This document shows positions 47,225-57,565 of a DNA stretch of 64,000 nt, piece by piece (position 1 is the stretch's first letter; every line of letters starts with the position of its first letter). The notes under the pieces are model-generated. The model made no database searches and had not been told where the DNA came from. It worked only from the letters and a program-made list of their open reading frames with translations. The stretch spans positions 160,001 through 224,000 of the forward strand of contig JBHLQH010000001.1 in NCBI GenBank assembly GCA_048884965.1, read 5' to 3'. Position numbers and translations under genes: made by a program. This DNA is from Candidatus Thorarchaeota archaeon (GTDB lineage Archaea > Asgardarchaeota > Thorarchaeia > Thorarchaeales > Thorarchaeaceae).

Positions 47225-49591
47225 ATGCAGTTACTCGAGACATTCATTGGCATGGAACTGATTGAGCAAGTGATGATGATTGTGGTCATCCTTGCAGCAA
47301 TTACAAGTCTCGTGTATGCCTGGTGGCTCAGAAAAGGGGTACTTCAATTACCCAAGGGTACTGAGCAGATGCAGAAAGTATGGAATGGAATTAGGGAAGG
47401 TGCTCTATCCTATCTGGATAGACAGCTAAAAACAATCCTACCAATTCTCGCAGTTCTTTCCATCCTTCTCTTCTTTACGGTTTACATCACACACCCTGAA
47501 CGAGGAACACTTGAACTGTTCGGCGACACTCCTGAGGGGATTGCCACAGCACAAGTTGTCGTTGGTATTGGACGTTCAATAGCATTCATCCTTGGCGCCA
47601 GCTTCTCTTTGATGGTTGGTCAACTGGGAATGAGAATTGCTGTCGAGTCTAATATTAGGGTGGCACAGGCTACACGTGAAGGCGAAAACAGGTACAATCG
47701 CGCACTTACAATCTCTTACCGTGGTGGTACCTTTACTGGGATGCTGACTGATGGATTAGGACTAATGGGCGGCACTGTCATCTTTATCATCTATGGAATT
47801 GCAGCACCTGACGCTCTGCTTGGCTTTGGTCTTGGTGGCACTCTTCTTGCTCTCTTCATGAGAGTTGGAGGAGGTATCTACACTAAGGCGGCAGATGTTG
47901 GTGCAGACCTAGTTGGGAAAGTTGAGCAGGGACTTCCAGAAGATGATCCAAGAAATGCTGCAGTGATAGCTGATCTAGTTGGTGACAATGTGGGTGACTG
48001 TGCCGGAATGGCTGCAGATATCTTCGAGTCATATGAGGTCACAATAGTATCTGCACTGATCTTGGCAATAGTTCTCTATTTGGACAATCCCACTTTGCTG
48101 GTATTCCCATTTGCTGTTGTCGTATTCCCACTATTCATCCGTGCGATCGGTGTAATTTCATCTATGGTTGGAACCTTCATGGTCCCCGTATGGCCAAGAC
48201 TGTTGAAGAAATCTGCAGTATATGCTGAAAAGGCAATGTTCCTCTCTTATGAGGCATCCAGCATTTTCACCATTATCCTGAGTATGTTGTTGTCATGGTT
48301 CTATGTTGGCGACCTACGATTCGGAATTCTCATCGCAGTTGGTGTCATGCTTGCGGTGTCATTCAATCCAATCACTAGTTACTTCACCTCTTTGAAGAAG
48401 CCCCCGGTTCGAGAGATTGTAGAATCTGCTGACACTGGGTATGCTACCTTCATTCTATCAGGCCTAGTTGCAGGGTATGAGTCTGCAGTTGCAGCAGTAG
48501 TTGTGATTGTCATTTCATTTGGCATTGCGGCTGTTTTGTTCATGGCTCCAATTGCGGCAGCTGTTACCTTCTTCATCACTGACATCCATGGAACTCTATG
48601 GACTCTCTATGGTATTGCATTGATCGGTATTGGTATGCTCTCACACACTGGCAACAACGTTGCTATGGACTCATATGGTCCAATTAGTGACAACGCTGCT
48701 GGAATTGGCGAGCTCTCACCTGGCGATTTTGATGCGACATCGATGAAGACGATGGCTGAGCTTGATGCTGTTGGTAACACCACAAAGGCAATCACTAAAG
48801 GTGTAGCAATTGCATCTGCAGTTATTGCTGCAGTAAGTCTCTTTGACAGCTATGTTGTTGTTGCTGGTCTTGATCACATCCTACTGGATGATCCCCTAGT
48901 CTTTGCTGGATTACTCTTGGGTGCCGCACTCCCATGGCTCTTCTCCGCCTTTAACATTAAGGCTGTCACGAGAGCAGCTGGTGAGATGGTCCAAGAAGTC
49001 CGAAGACAATTCAAGATTCCTGGAATTCTCGAAGGCACTAAGAAACCCGATTATGACCGCGCAGTTGATATTTCAACAACTGCAGCTCAGAAAGAGCTGA
49101 TTTCTCTGGCTGCATTGACTGTATCCGTACCAATTATCATCGGTATCCTATTCGGTGTTGGTGCACTGGGTGGATTCTTGGGTGGTATCATTGTATCTGG
49201 ACAGTTGCTTGCTGTGTTCATGTCGAACGCAGGAGGAGCTTGGGATAACGCTAAGAAGTCAATCGAAGACGAACCTTGTAGTATTGAGAATAACACCGGC
49301 AAAGGTTCTGAGCGCCATAAATGCGGCGTTGTAGGTGATACTATCGGTGATCCGCTGAAGGACACTGCAGGACCCGCACTCAATCCTATGATCAAGGTTG
49401 TCAACCTACTCAGCCTTATACTCGCTCCATTGCTTGTGCAATTCCAGATTGGTTCAACACCTGAAGTCACTGCTATTCTGTTAGTAGTTCTATTCATACT
49501 CTTCATGGTAACCATCTGGTCTATCCGCAAGAGCTCGAAACCTGCTGACTTTAGCGCTCCACCAGAGATTCTAGCTGAAGCAACTAACTAA
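47225..49591 (+). CDS. hppA: Membrane-bound ion-translocating pyrophosphatase, K+-independent H+-PPase type
   Basis: GGGIYTKAADVGADLVGKVE, EDDPRN, GNTTKA, GGAWDNAKK, GDPLKDTAGP. Confidence 0.96.
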   Translation: MQLLETFIGMELIEQVMMIVVILAAITSLVYAWWLRKGVLQLPKGTEQMQKVWNGIREGALSYLDRQLKTILPILAVLSILLFFTVYITHPERGTLELFGDTPEGIATAQVVVGIGRSIAFILGASFSLMVGQLGMRIAVESNIRVAQATREGENRYNRALTISYRGGTFTGMLTDGLGLMGGTVIFIIYGIAAPDALLGFGLGGTLLALFMRVGGGIYTKAADVGADLVGKVEQGLPEDDPRNAAVIADLVGDNVGDCAGMAADIFESYEVTIVSALILAIVLYLDNPTLLVFPFAVVVFPLFIRAIGVISSMVGTFMVPVWPRLLKKSAVYAEKAMFLSYEASSIFTIILSMLLSWFYVGDLRFGILIAVGVMLAVSFNPITSYFTSLKKPPVREIVESADTGYATFILSGLVAGYESAVAAVVVIVISFGIAAVLFMAPIAAAVTFFITDIHGTLWTLYGIALIGIGMLSHTGNNVAMDSYGPISDNAAGIGELSPGDFDATSMKTMAELDAVGNTTKAITKGVAIASAVIAAVSLFDSYVVVAGLDHILLDDPLVFAGLLLGAALPWLFSAFNIKAVTRAAGEMVQEVRRQFKIPGILEGTKKPDYDRAVDISTTAAQKELISLAALTVSVPIIIGILFGVGALGGFLGGIIVSGQLLAVFMSNAGGAWDNAKKSIEDEPCSIENNTGKGSERHKCGVVGDTIGDPLKDTAGPALNPMIKVVNLLSLILAPLLVQFQIGSTPEVTAILLVVLFILFMVTIWSIRKSSKPADFSAPPEILAEATN

Positions 49592-49595
49592 ACAA

Positions 49596-49632
49596 AGAAG
49601 GTGGCAATTTGCCACCCTCTTCTCTTCTTTTT
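49596..49632 (+). terminator. Hairpin plus T/C-rich tract after hppA
   Basis: GGTGGC-AATTT-GCCACC (49600-49616) followed by CTCTTCTCTTCTTTTT. Confidence 0.65.
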
Positions 49633-49714
49633 CACAGATTCTTGTTGTCAAAGGATTAATTAGGTCATTTGTTCTATCGTTGCGAGAATCTCAAGCTTGC
49701 TTTGAGAAGGAGAT

Positions 49715-49756
49715 AGGTAGTGTCCGTTTTAGAGGAGACGGATGTGTGGTATTCGC
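49715..49756 (+). repeat. Dispersed GTAG-led short repeat, copy 1
   Basis: AGGTAGTGTCCGTTTTAGAGGAGACGGATGTGTGGTATTCGC; similar to copies at 56710, 57145 and 57566. Confidence 0.65.
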
Positions 49757-49853
49757 ATTTTTTTCCTTTACTCACCTTAGTGATGACCTTATTTGCTGAT
49801 CATCCTATCAAGTAGTCCATGAAATCGAATAAGTCATATTCCTAAACTATCAA

Positions 49854-51008
49854 TCATGAGCTATCGATGTATCGTAATACTTCCTCAAGGAAATCAACTG
49901 TATTATCCAATATCTCTGGATCCAGTCTATCAATGGTATCAGCTGCAGTATGTACAACCTCACGTACTTCTTCCTTGTATCTCCAAATAGTGATGGCATC
50001 CAAACCATTCTTAGAGAAGACATAGCCATCAGTCGTTGTGCTTTGACGCATTGGCTCTACAACGCCTATGGTCTGCTTTGCAACATCTTTCAGAACCTTC
50101 GTAAGCATCTCAGAGGATTTTGCAGTCATTATTGACATCTCCTTTGTAGAGTATGTTATTGGTCCCTCTGTTCCTCCTCCTTCAAGGTTGAGAACCCAAG
50201 CTCCATCGAGTTGTGATTTATACTTCTTAACGAAGGCATGAGCTCCTTTCATAGCAATCTCCTCTCCATCCGTGAAAAGGAACCAAACCTCTGTTTTCCA
50301 AAGCGGATTGCTCTTGATAGCCTTGGCCAATTCCAATGACAGTCCTACTGCAGCAGCATTATCTTCTGCGCCTGGACTTGGTTCGACGAATCTGGTCAAA
50401 ATATTGAGGAATAGATAGAACGAGTGGTAAAGAACCATAATTAGAATTCCAATATATATCAGGTCTTCAAAAAATGCATACTCTGGGAGAACAAACAAAG
50501 TAATCAGATGAAGAAACGAACCTGCCATTAAATAGATCATAGAGATAAATAGGATTACGATCACAGTCCCTCTAAGTTTGATTGGAATTGCTTGTGTCTT
50601 ACTATCATGATGTGCACATATGATTACTCTATGTATTGGTGAGGCCACAGGCTCTTCTTTTCCAATCACATTCCTTCCGACAGCTGAGGGAAAGAGGCGC
50701 AGTGCGATCTCTCTTCCTTTATCTATTTCAAATATCACTAAGAGGGGGAATATTACTGATAGAAGGAATGAAGGCACCGGGTAGGCATAGTATGTAAGGT
50801 AGATCGCAAGTGCAAATAGAACACCCAAAAGTGCTGTTCCAGTCCAGAAGTAGGGGCGTAGCTTGAATTCCTGTAGTTCAGCATCTATCGCCAAATGCTC
50901 GAGCTGGTTCAGTATGTATTCTGCACCTATCCTACAGTTTTCAGATCCAGATGGACGAGGTCCTATATCTATGGATAGGACTCTTACATGACCATACGCT
51001 CCCATCAA
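49854..51008 (-). CDS. M28-family peptidase with internal TM helices
   Basis: GPRPSGS, AHHDS, GAEDNA, DGEE, NLEG, TDG, VHT..D. Confidence 0.88.
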   Translation of the reverse strand: MMGAYGHVRVLSIDIGPRPSGSENCRIGAEYILNQLEHLAIDAELQEFKLRPYFWTGTALLGVLFALAIYLTYYAYPVPSFLLSVIFPLLVIFEIDKGREIALRLFPSAVGRNVIGKEEPVASPIHRVIICAHHDSKTQAIPIKLRGTVIVILFISMIYLMAGSFLHLITLFVLPEYAFFEDLIYIGILIMVLYHSFYLFLNILTRFVEPSPGAEDNAAAVGLSLELAKAIKSNPLWKTEVWFLFTDGEEIAMKGAHAFVKKYKSQLDGAWVLNLEGGGTEGPITYSTKEMSIMTAKSSEMLTKVLKDVAKQTIGVVEPMRQSTTTDGYVFSKNGLDAITIWRYKEEVREVVHTAADTIDRLDPEILDNTVDFLEEVLRYIDSS

Positions 51009-51098
51009 GTCTACATCCTACTCAGGACTTACCTAGTATTTTTATCTTGGATATTTAACTGCTGTTGCCCCCTATAATGGTATTCCGAGGGAACAAGG

Positions 51099-52343
51099 AT
51101 GGAAGTTACGAGTGCAACTGACTTTGAATATCGACCCAAGTTATTCAAAGGTCTCTATGGGTTCTATTACGCTACAGAAGGTTTCGCTACGACAGGTATA
51201 CTGATGTTCCTACCTCTGTATTTGAGGGATATCATACTATTTGATGAGCTACTAGTCGGTTTGATTCTTGCACTTGGCGCCATACCCGGTTACCTGAAGG
51301 TTTTCTATGGATTCGCCTCTGATTCGATGCCAATAGGAAGATTCGGGCATCGTCGCTCCTATGTCCTAATCTCCATACCATTGATCATTGGCGGGTGGAT
51401 ACTTCTTCCTCTAGCTACTGAAGCTATCCTTTTCATAGCAATCATTTTCATCACGACACTTGGATTCTACCTTGGCGATGTTGCTGTCGATGGGTGGGCT
51501 GTTGATGTAACTCCTGAATCCGAACGAGGATCGATGATGGGGTTGGGCTGGGGCGCACAAGGAATTGCCTCTGTCATTGGTGTACTAGTAACAACTTTGA
51601 TGGCTCCAATATACGGATATGCTACGGCATTCATCACTCTTGGTATCATCGCTGGAATTGGCAACCTGGTATGGTTCCTAGTCGCAAAGGAAAAACCAGT
51701 TGCTGAACCGCGTCACTACTCAAAGACCTTCAATGAACTTGTCTCCGAGCTTCGGCATTCCTATCTTTGGCTTGCATTTCTAGCGTTCATTGGTGGAGGA
51801 TTCATCTTTGGAGTCGGAACGAATTTCATCACGCTTTTCTACGAAGATGTCGTTGGAGTAGATTCCACTGGCGCTGGAATTTTCGTTCTGGTATGGTCTG
51901 CTTTCTTCTTTGTAGGAGGAATTATTGGCGGATTCTCATACGATCGATTCAAAGACTATCGAACTGGAGTATATGTAATCGCTCCAATCTATGCGATCTC
52001 ACTTGTCTTGATGGGATTGAATTCAACTGGGAATATGGGACTCGCATATGCTACGACTATCTTGTTTGGACTAGGGAGTGGGATGACTACGGCCGCGATA
52101 ATGGGATTCGCCATGCATATCACACCTCCCGCTATTGCCGGTACTACCTTCGCGATTCTTACGTCTCTTGTGAATCTAGGTCAAAGTGGCATCGGAAATG
52201 TCTTCCTTGGATTTATGGTTCCTCAATTTGGCTATGTCATTCCATTCATCATAGGTGCCATTGTGGCAATTCCAGTGATTCTCTTAGCCAAGTTCATAAT
52301 ACCACCATGGAAGAAGGAGCAGCTCCAAGAACCTGTGAGCTAA
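51099..52343 (+). CDS. MFS transporter (AmpG/FBT-like)
   Basis: About 12 TMs; LK.FYG..SD....GRFG.RRSY and DVAVDGWAVD. Confidence 0.88.
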   Translation: MEVTSATDFEYRPKLFKGLYGFYYATEGFATTGILMFLPLYLRDIILFDELLVGLILALGAIPGYLKVFYGFASDSMPIGRFGHRRSYVLISIPLIIGGWILLPLATEAILFIAIIFITTLGFYLGDVAVDGWAVDVTPESERGSMMGLGWGAQGIASVIGVLVTTLMAPIYGYATAFITLGIIAGIGNLVWFLVAKEKPVAEPRHYSKTFNELVSELRHSYLWLAFLAFIGGGFIFGVGTNFITLFYEDVVGVDSTGAGIFVLVWSAFFFVGGIIGGFSYDRFKDYRTGVYVIAPIYAISLVLMGLNSTGNMGLAYATTILFGLGSGMTTAAIMGFAMHITPPAIAGTTFAILTSLVNLGQSGIGNVFLGFMVPQFGYVIPFIIGAIVAIPVILLAKFIIPPWKKEQLQEPVS

Positions 52344-52374
52344 TCTCTCTCCTTCTTCTTGGATTTGTCACCTA

Positions 52375-53445
52375 TTAAGAGAAGAATCGGTGGAATGATT
52401 TCGGTAGTTTGGTGTAATCACCATGCTGCCTCGCGATGGGTGATAGGTCAACTGAATTATAGGTATTCCAGAAGAGGATTGGTTCGTCTTCCAGAGATCC
52501 TGACTTCACATCATCGACCATACATGCGAAAGCCTTTGCTGTATAAGTAGTTTCCAGCTCTATTCCTTCAGTTACCTTTAAGACTCTAAGTCCATCCGTC
52601 CCTTTTTCTGTTACTGATCCATAGCAGGGTCCAGCATACTCATGATTGATGATTACGTCCTTAGGTGTCACAGAGATTATAGGGATTTCATCAGAGAAGG
52701 AAGCTAGATATCGAGCAGTCTGATTGATCATATTGGATGTCTTCTTCTCGTTGGTCATACCTATATCTGTGACTCGGACTCCAACAAGCTCAGTATCAAG
52801 ATTTGCAAACTTCAGACCCAGATACAATCCCGTGAAAGTTCCCATCGACCCTAATGCTACATATATCCGCCTGGGTGTTGGCGTTACTCCTTCCTCTATC
52901 TGCCTGGCGAGTTCCAATGCTGCATCAATGAATCCCAAATTACCGAGCTCTGAGGATCCCCCGGGACCAAGAAAATAGACTCCCCTCTTTGTCAGAAGTT
53001 GCCATAAACCCTTTACGACTGCTCCCAGTGTATTCTTCGCATATGTTATCTTGGCCTCGTAGTGATCGAATAACATGAGTTGGTTTTGAACGTGAGGTGT
53101 TACTGGCTGATCGATTAATGCGAGTACGGCCTTCAGTCCCTTCTCTCGACCATATATTGCTGTAGCAAGTCCATGGTTCGTTCCTAATCCTCCAAAGGTA
53201 AGAATCCATCTCTTTTTCCGCTTCAAAGCATCTCCAAGAACGAATTCAAGCTTCCTTACCTTATTGCCACCGTATAGCTCTCCTGAGAGATCATCCCTTT
53301 TGATCCAAAGACTTTGGTGTCCTAACGAAGATTCTAGTTCAGTCATCTCTTGGATTGGGGTCGGAAAAGTACCAAGTGACGTCCAAGGTATTGCATCCTC
53401 AAGTGAAGGATACCAATCAAAGAGGACAGGTTTTTTGCGAGTCAT
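52375..53445 (-). CDS. PLP-dependent D-cysteine desulfhydrase/ACC deaminase family protein
   Basis: PTPI, IKRDD, GGNKVRKLEF, LETTYTAK. Confidence 0.92.
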   Translation of the reverse strand: MTRKKPVLFDWYPSLEDAIPWTSLGTFPTPIQEMTELESSLGHQSLWIKRDDLSGELYGGNKVRKLEFVLGDALKRKKRWILTFGGLGTNHGLATAIYGREKGLKAVLALIDQPVTPHVQNQLMLFDHYEAKITYAKNTLGAVVKGLWQLLTKRGVYFLGPGGSSELGNLGFIDAALELARQIEEGVTPTPRRIYVALGSMGTFTGLYLGLKFANLDTELVGVRVTDIGMTNEKKTSNMINQTARYLASFSDEIPIISVTPKDVIINHEYAGPCYGSVTEKGTDGLRVLKVTEGIELETTYTAKAFACMVDDVKSGSLEDEPILFWNTYNSVDLSPIARQHGDYTKLPKSFHRFFS

Positions 53446-53710
53446 AACGATGTACTCCGTCTAGTGCTGTGAGTTCGACATGACTCAAATATGTGATGGC
53501 AAATTTCCAATTTACCATATCAAAGCGGTAAAGTCCTGATAGGGCTAGGAATGAGCGATGCCTAATGATGAAATAGTTGTACTAAAGCGACTGCTAGAAC
53601 AATCAAATCAAAAAGTAATCCGGGGTGAGATTAAACTACTTCATCTTCTCGCTGTTTTATGTGATCGAATCACTCTACATTCTGTTTGAGATAGGATACA
53701 CCCCAGTTCC

Positions 53711-54106
53711 TCACTCATCCTTGAGATTGATTCGGTCCATAAAGACACTGAGAAGTTGCTGAACTTGGTATGGTTTGAGCTCCGCAAAAGAACGGTCAAA
53801 ATCCGTCCTATTCATTGAGTATTTTTCAAACATCCTTTTCATCTCTGGATTTCGAGGATTGGTTATCCTTCTCCAAGAGTTCTCAGGTGCTTTCAACTTC
53901 TTCCGACCAACTCTAAGATAGAAATCTCGTATCCCTCGAGCATGTTCTTGATACATTAACTCATCGAGGGTTATTCCTTGTAGATTGTTCTTCAATATGT
54001 ACTTGAGAGCTGCCATCATGAAGATTGGCTTTTCATACTCTGCTCTCATCTTTTCTGCTGAACCAACAAGGTATTCGTAGAATTCTCTTACTACATCATC
54101 TGACAA
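53711..54106 (-). CDS. Hypothetical protein
   Basis: 131-aa ORF preceded by a GGAGGTGA SD. Confidence 0.7.
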   Translation of the reverse strand: MSDDVVREFYEYLVGSAEKMRAEYEKPIFMMAALKYILKNNLQGITLDELMYQEHARGIRDFYLRVGRKKLKAPENSWRRITNPRNPEMKRMFEKYSMNRTDFDRSFAELKPYQVQQLLSVFMDRINLKDE

Positions 54107-54370
54107 TATTTCACCTCCATATCCGTTGAGAATAACTCAGAGAATCCGTTTTGGAATTGCATATTCTAGTTGACATGCCACCCTATGAACTATCGCATGT
54201 GGACACGTGAAATTCCGATGGTTCCATTCTGCTAGTTATTTCTTACAAGTATAATTATATAAAATATGATTTAAAACAATGGTTCTGTCTATGAACCTCA
54301 TATCTATCGTACTGATGTACAGCGAATAACAGATAAGCATGGAAATCGAGAAATCACTGGGGGGGAAATT

Positions 54371-54682
54371 ATGCAATCGGATATACTCATCGGACCCTTC
54401 TTCTTCAGCGCAATCATTGGATACTTACTATTGATTGTCCTATTTGTGATTATCCGCCCAAGAGAGAATGAAGTATATAGTGACTTCAGACTAGTATGTT
54501 GGTTGTTCATCGTATCCATCAGTTTGGTTCTAGGTGCCGCAATTGGGTTGTTTGTCGAGTTTATGAGATCCTTGCATATTTTCCATCTATCAGATCCTCT
54601 ACTATTGATTATTATCATAACTTCCTTCATACCACCAATTCTAATGCTATTGTATATCCCTTGGAAAACACGAAACAGCTGA
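54371..54682 (+). CDS. Small 3-TM membrane protein, paralog A
   Basis: MQS start, RPR after TM1 and PP.L...W.T C-terminus shared with the ORFs at 56790 and 57236. Confidence 0.72.
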   Translation: MQSDILIGPFFFSAIIGYLLLIVLFVIIRPRENEVYSDFRLVCWLFIVSISLVLGAAIGLFVEFMRSLHIFHLSDPLLLIIIITSFIPPILMLLYIPWKTRNS

Positions 54683-54734
54683 TCTTCTAAATGGTTGAAT
54701 CTAAGGAAAGAGTTGTACTCGTGCTCTCTAGTTG

Positions 54735-56603
54735 TCATTTCTTTTGATGCAAATACCATCTGGACAGAACTAGAACGATTACTAGAACTGATATGGCTGT
54801 AACTGAGTACGAAACTGACAAGTCGTTGAGGAGGAGATCGAAGAAATTTGAAAAGACACTTTCATTTGTGTTGCTTGGCGTAGTTGTATCAGAACTCTGA
54901 GGTCTATAGAGATAATATGGATTGGCTGCCAAAGTGATGTACTCACCCAGAACATGCTCTTCAATTGTGTATGGTCCTGAGTAGACCAGTGTTCCATTGA
55001 AGACCGCCTCATCCCACAGATCCCAATCCTCCGTTCCTATCCCATGGAGCATTACTCGTGGGATTATTGGTTTGTATACAACAGAATGAAGATGCCAGTA
55101 GGATTCTGTATTGAATTCCACAACAAAAGTACTCGGAGTACGTGCATATACTGCGGTCATGTTTGCCAAATCATCCATGAATCCATATATTTCCAATTCT
55201 CGGTACTTGTTCAAGGCAAAAACAACATCATCAGTAGTTAGTTGTGAGCCATCTGACCATGTGAGGTCTTCCCGCATGTCAAACACAAATCGAGTATGAC
55301 CTTCAGGTATGTATTGGTTGTCTTCGTGGGTTTCAGTTATGAATGATTCCACAAGCCAAGGCACATCTTCTCCATCTGGTCCTATCTTGAAGAGAGAATC
55401 AAAAAGATTATCCAAGACATTTCTTGAGTATATTGAGTTTGTAACCAGTGGATTATATGTGTCAAGGTCCATTGCATTACTCCATTGCAATGTTCCACCA
55501 ATTGGACCTCCTCGATTTGGTAGGAGCTGAACTTTGAAGTTAGACCACCATCCAGGTATACCCCTTGAAACATCATTCACGAACCCTGTGAATCTGTCCG
55601 TTCTGTATGCTGAGAGTAGAAGATTCTCATAGCAGACAATAATAGGACACTCATAGACCAAGATCTCTTGCATATGTTTCGCTGCGTTTTGAACATCCTC
55701 GTAATCTATCGAATGAAGAAGAATATCCGCATAGAGGTCGTACGTTGCATTGCAAAAGTTGGGGAAATTGTAGAATGGGATAGTAGAATAATCAGAGTGA
55801 AATTCATACCCCAACCAATCGACATCAAAACTAGGGAATGATGTCCCTAAAAAGATTATATCATAGTCTCCATGGTTGTACAGACTATTCCAAATACCTG
55901 AACAATGCCAACATGTTGGATGATGAACATCAGTGTAAATACTCAATGATTCAATTGCTTCTATCAAGTTCTCAGTCACTTCTATTGCTATGCTGGAAGA
56001 GTCCGGCCACTCTATTGTAATGTTGAATGCTTCACCATTTGGTGCCTCTCTATATCCAGTAGTTTCATTGATGGCAAATCCTGCTGCATCAAGAAGTGCA
56101 TTCGCTCTTTCAGTGTCCGATTCGTAGTACGTATAATCAAGAGCGCCTTCTATTGATATGGGATTACATTGAGGAACCGGACTGTCTTGGGGGATTGATA
56201 GACCATCCCAAATTTCATCAGAGATATATTCCTTATCTAGAGCGAATGCAATAGCTCGTCGCAATGCGGTATAGTTGAAAGGAAACTTCTGAGTATTCAA
56301 TGTAAAATATCCATAGCCATTTCTCAGAGTATCATCAACAGCAATGTTCTGTGCTTCTTGAAGAATCTCAAAAAATGATGGATCCACTGTGTTCCCTATC
56401 AAATCAATCTCATTATCCTGCAACGCAAGAACCTGTTGATCGTCCTGTGTGATTATGTTGAAGGTGACCTTATCCAAGAATGGACCTGTCATGAGCTGGG
56501 AATCTACTTCTTGTACTGCCTTGGAAAAGAAAGGTCCAATAGAGATAGTCGATATGCTGATGATGAGAACGATTGTGATGCTCATCCTCGTCTCTCTCTT
56601 CAC
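54735..56603 (-). CDS. Family-5 (peptide/nickel) ABC solute-binding protein, circularly permuted, C-terminal TM anchor
   Basis: PFN..ALRRAIAFALD, GGTL..., WSDG..LT.DDV.F, SGPY...NPYY motifs in permuted order. Confidence 0.88.
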   Translation of the reverse strand: MKRETRMSITIVLIISISTISIGPFFSKAVQEVDSQLMTGPFLDKVTFNIITQDDQQVLALQDNEIDLIGNTVDPSFFEILQEAQNIAVDDTLRNGYGYFTLNTQKFPFNYTALRRAIAFALDKEYISDEIWDGLSIPQDSPVPQCNPISIEGALDYTYYESDTERANALLDAAGFAINETTGYREAPNGEAFNITIEWPDSSSIAIEVTENLIEAIESLSIYTDVHHPTCWHCSGIWNSLYNHGDYDIIFLGTSFPSFDVDWLGYEFHSDYSTIPFYNFPNFCNATYDLYADILLHSIDYEDVQNAAKHMQEILVYECPIIVCYENLLLSAYRTDRFTGFVNDVSRGIPGWWSNFKVQLLPNRGGPIGGTLQWSNAMDLDTYNPLVTNSIYSRNVLDNLFDSLFKIGPDGEDVPWLVESFITETHEDNQYIPEGHTRFVFDMREDLTWSDGSQLTTDDVVFALNKYRELEIYGFMDDLANMTAVYARTPSTFVVEFNTESYWHLHSVVYKPIIPRVMLHGIGTEDWDLWDEAVFNGTLVYSGPYTIEEHVLGEYITLAANPYYLYRPQSSDTTTPSNTNESVFSNFFDLLLNDLSVSYSVTAISVLVIVLVLSRWYLHQKK

Positions 56604-56709
56604 CTAGAATGAACCCTCCTGAATGTATAATTATAGGAGCCTAGCGAGTTTAATGTTTCTTCTGATGTAATTAGATACACAAAGCTTTGAGTTCGTCAAT
56701 GGAACAAGT

Positions 56710-56748
56710 AGGTAGGGTCAGTTTCAGAAGAATGTTGTGTACTTTTCC
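56710..56748 (+). repeat. Dispersed GTAG-led short repeat, copy 2 (degenerate)
   Basis: AGGTAGGGTCAGTTTCAGAAGAATGTTGTGT. Confidence 0.55.
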
Positions 56749-56789
56749 AAACAAGAAGATTAACATGAATAACTAATTCATTGTTATTT

Positions 56790-57074
56790 ATGCAGTCATG
56801 GCTCAATATCCCTCCTCTCTTTGCTGGGGGCGCCGGTATCTATATTGTATCAATTTTCATCTACATAATCTTCCGTCCAAGAATGAATGAATCTACTTCA
56901 AATATGAAGCTTGCCGCTTGCTTGACTGCAATTTCTATGGAGATCATAGTTGCAGGACTTTATGCAGGGATATACTCTTCATGGTTTGCAATTTCCATCT
57001 ATGAACTCTTACTTCCGTGGTTGATTCTTCCAAGTTTACTTCTGATTCATCTTGTTTGGACAACATCAAAATAG
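56790..57074 (+). CDS. Small 3-TM membrane protein, paralog B
   Basis: MQSWLNIPPLF...FRPRMNE...IHLVWTT; in-frame ATG at 56790. Confidence 0.7.
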   Translation: MQSWLNIPPLFAGGAGIYIVSIFIYIIFRPRMNESTSNMKLAACLTAISMEIIVAGLYAGIYSSWFAISIYELLLPWLILPSLLLIHLVWTTSK

Positions 57075-57144
57075 ATCACTCATTTTGATACACATCGGAT
57101 AAAAGAACGCTTTCCCTTACGCACCCCTACAACGTGATTCTAGA

Positions 57145-57186
57145 AGGTAGGGCCCGTGTCAGAGGAAAGATGTGTGGAGATTCTCA
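57145..57186 (+). repeat. Dispersed GTAG-led short repeat, copy 3
   Basis: AGGTAGGGCCCGTGTCAGAGGAAAGATGTGTGGAGATTCTC. Confidence 0.7.
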
Positions 57187-57235
57187 CAACAAGGTATTAT
57201 TTGCTCTATATGCAGAAGAAAAGGAGGCTACAGAT

Positions 57236-57547
57236 TTGTATACTCCAACCAGTTCCACAGGACTTCTATTTGCCTATTTTCTTATCCTATTTCTCTATGT
57301 ATGGCTTTGTCCAAGAAGATCTGTGATTTATAATAACTCCCAGTTGGGTCAATGTCTATTATTAATTTCTGGATCCATCATTCTAGGTACTATGATTGGA
57401 TATAACATGACATCTTGGTGGTGGTCAATAACTCTGGATATTATGCATCTTCATACAACGGCTTTTCTATTCCCACCTGCTATCATGATGATTCATCTGA
57501 TTTGGGCGACTCAAAGCACACCTCAAAACCAATTGGATTCAGAATGA
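57236..57547 (+). CDS. Small 3-TM membrane protein, paralog C
   Basis: TTG start after AGGAGG; LCPRR...L..CL..IS..I..G...FPPAIMMIHLIWAT. Confidence 0.7.
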   Translation: MYTPTSSTGLLFAYFLILFLYVWLCPRRSVIYNNSQLGQCLLLISGSIILGTMIGYNMTSWWWSITLDIMHLHTTAFLFPPAIMMIHLIWATQSTPQNQLDSE

Positions 57548-57565
57548 GTGAAAATCAGAAGTAGT

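Noticed and set aside
54304-54759. 151-aa minus-strand ORF
   Set aside because: Antisense shadow of the 3-TM paralog at 54371, which is supported by homology to two other ORFs.
57134-57235. Extended N-terminus of the 137-aa ORF
   Set aside because: It reads through the intergenic repeat; TTG 57236 with AGGAGG matches the paralog length.
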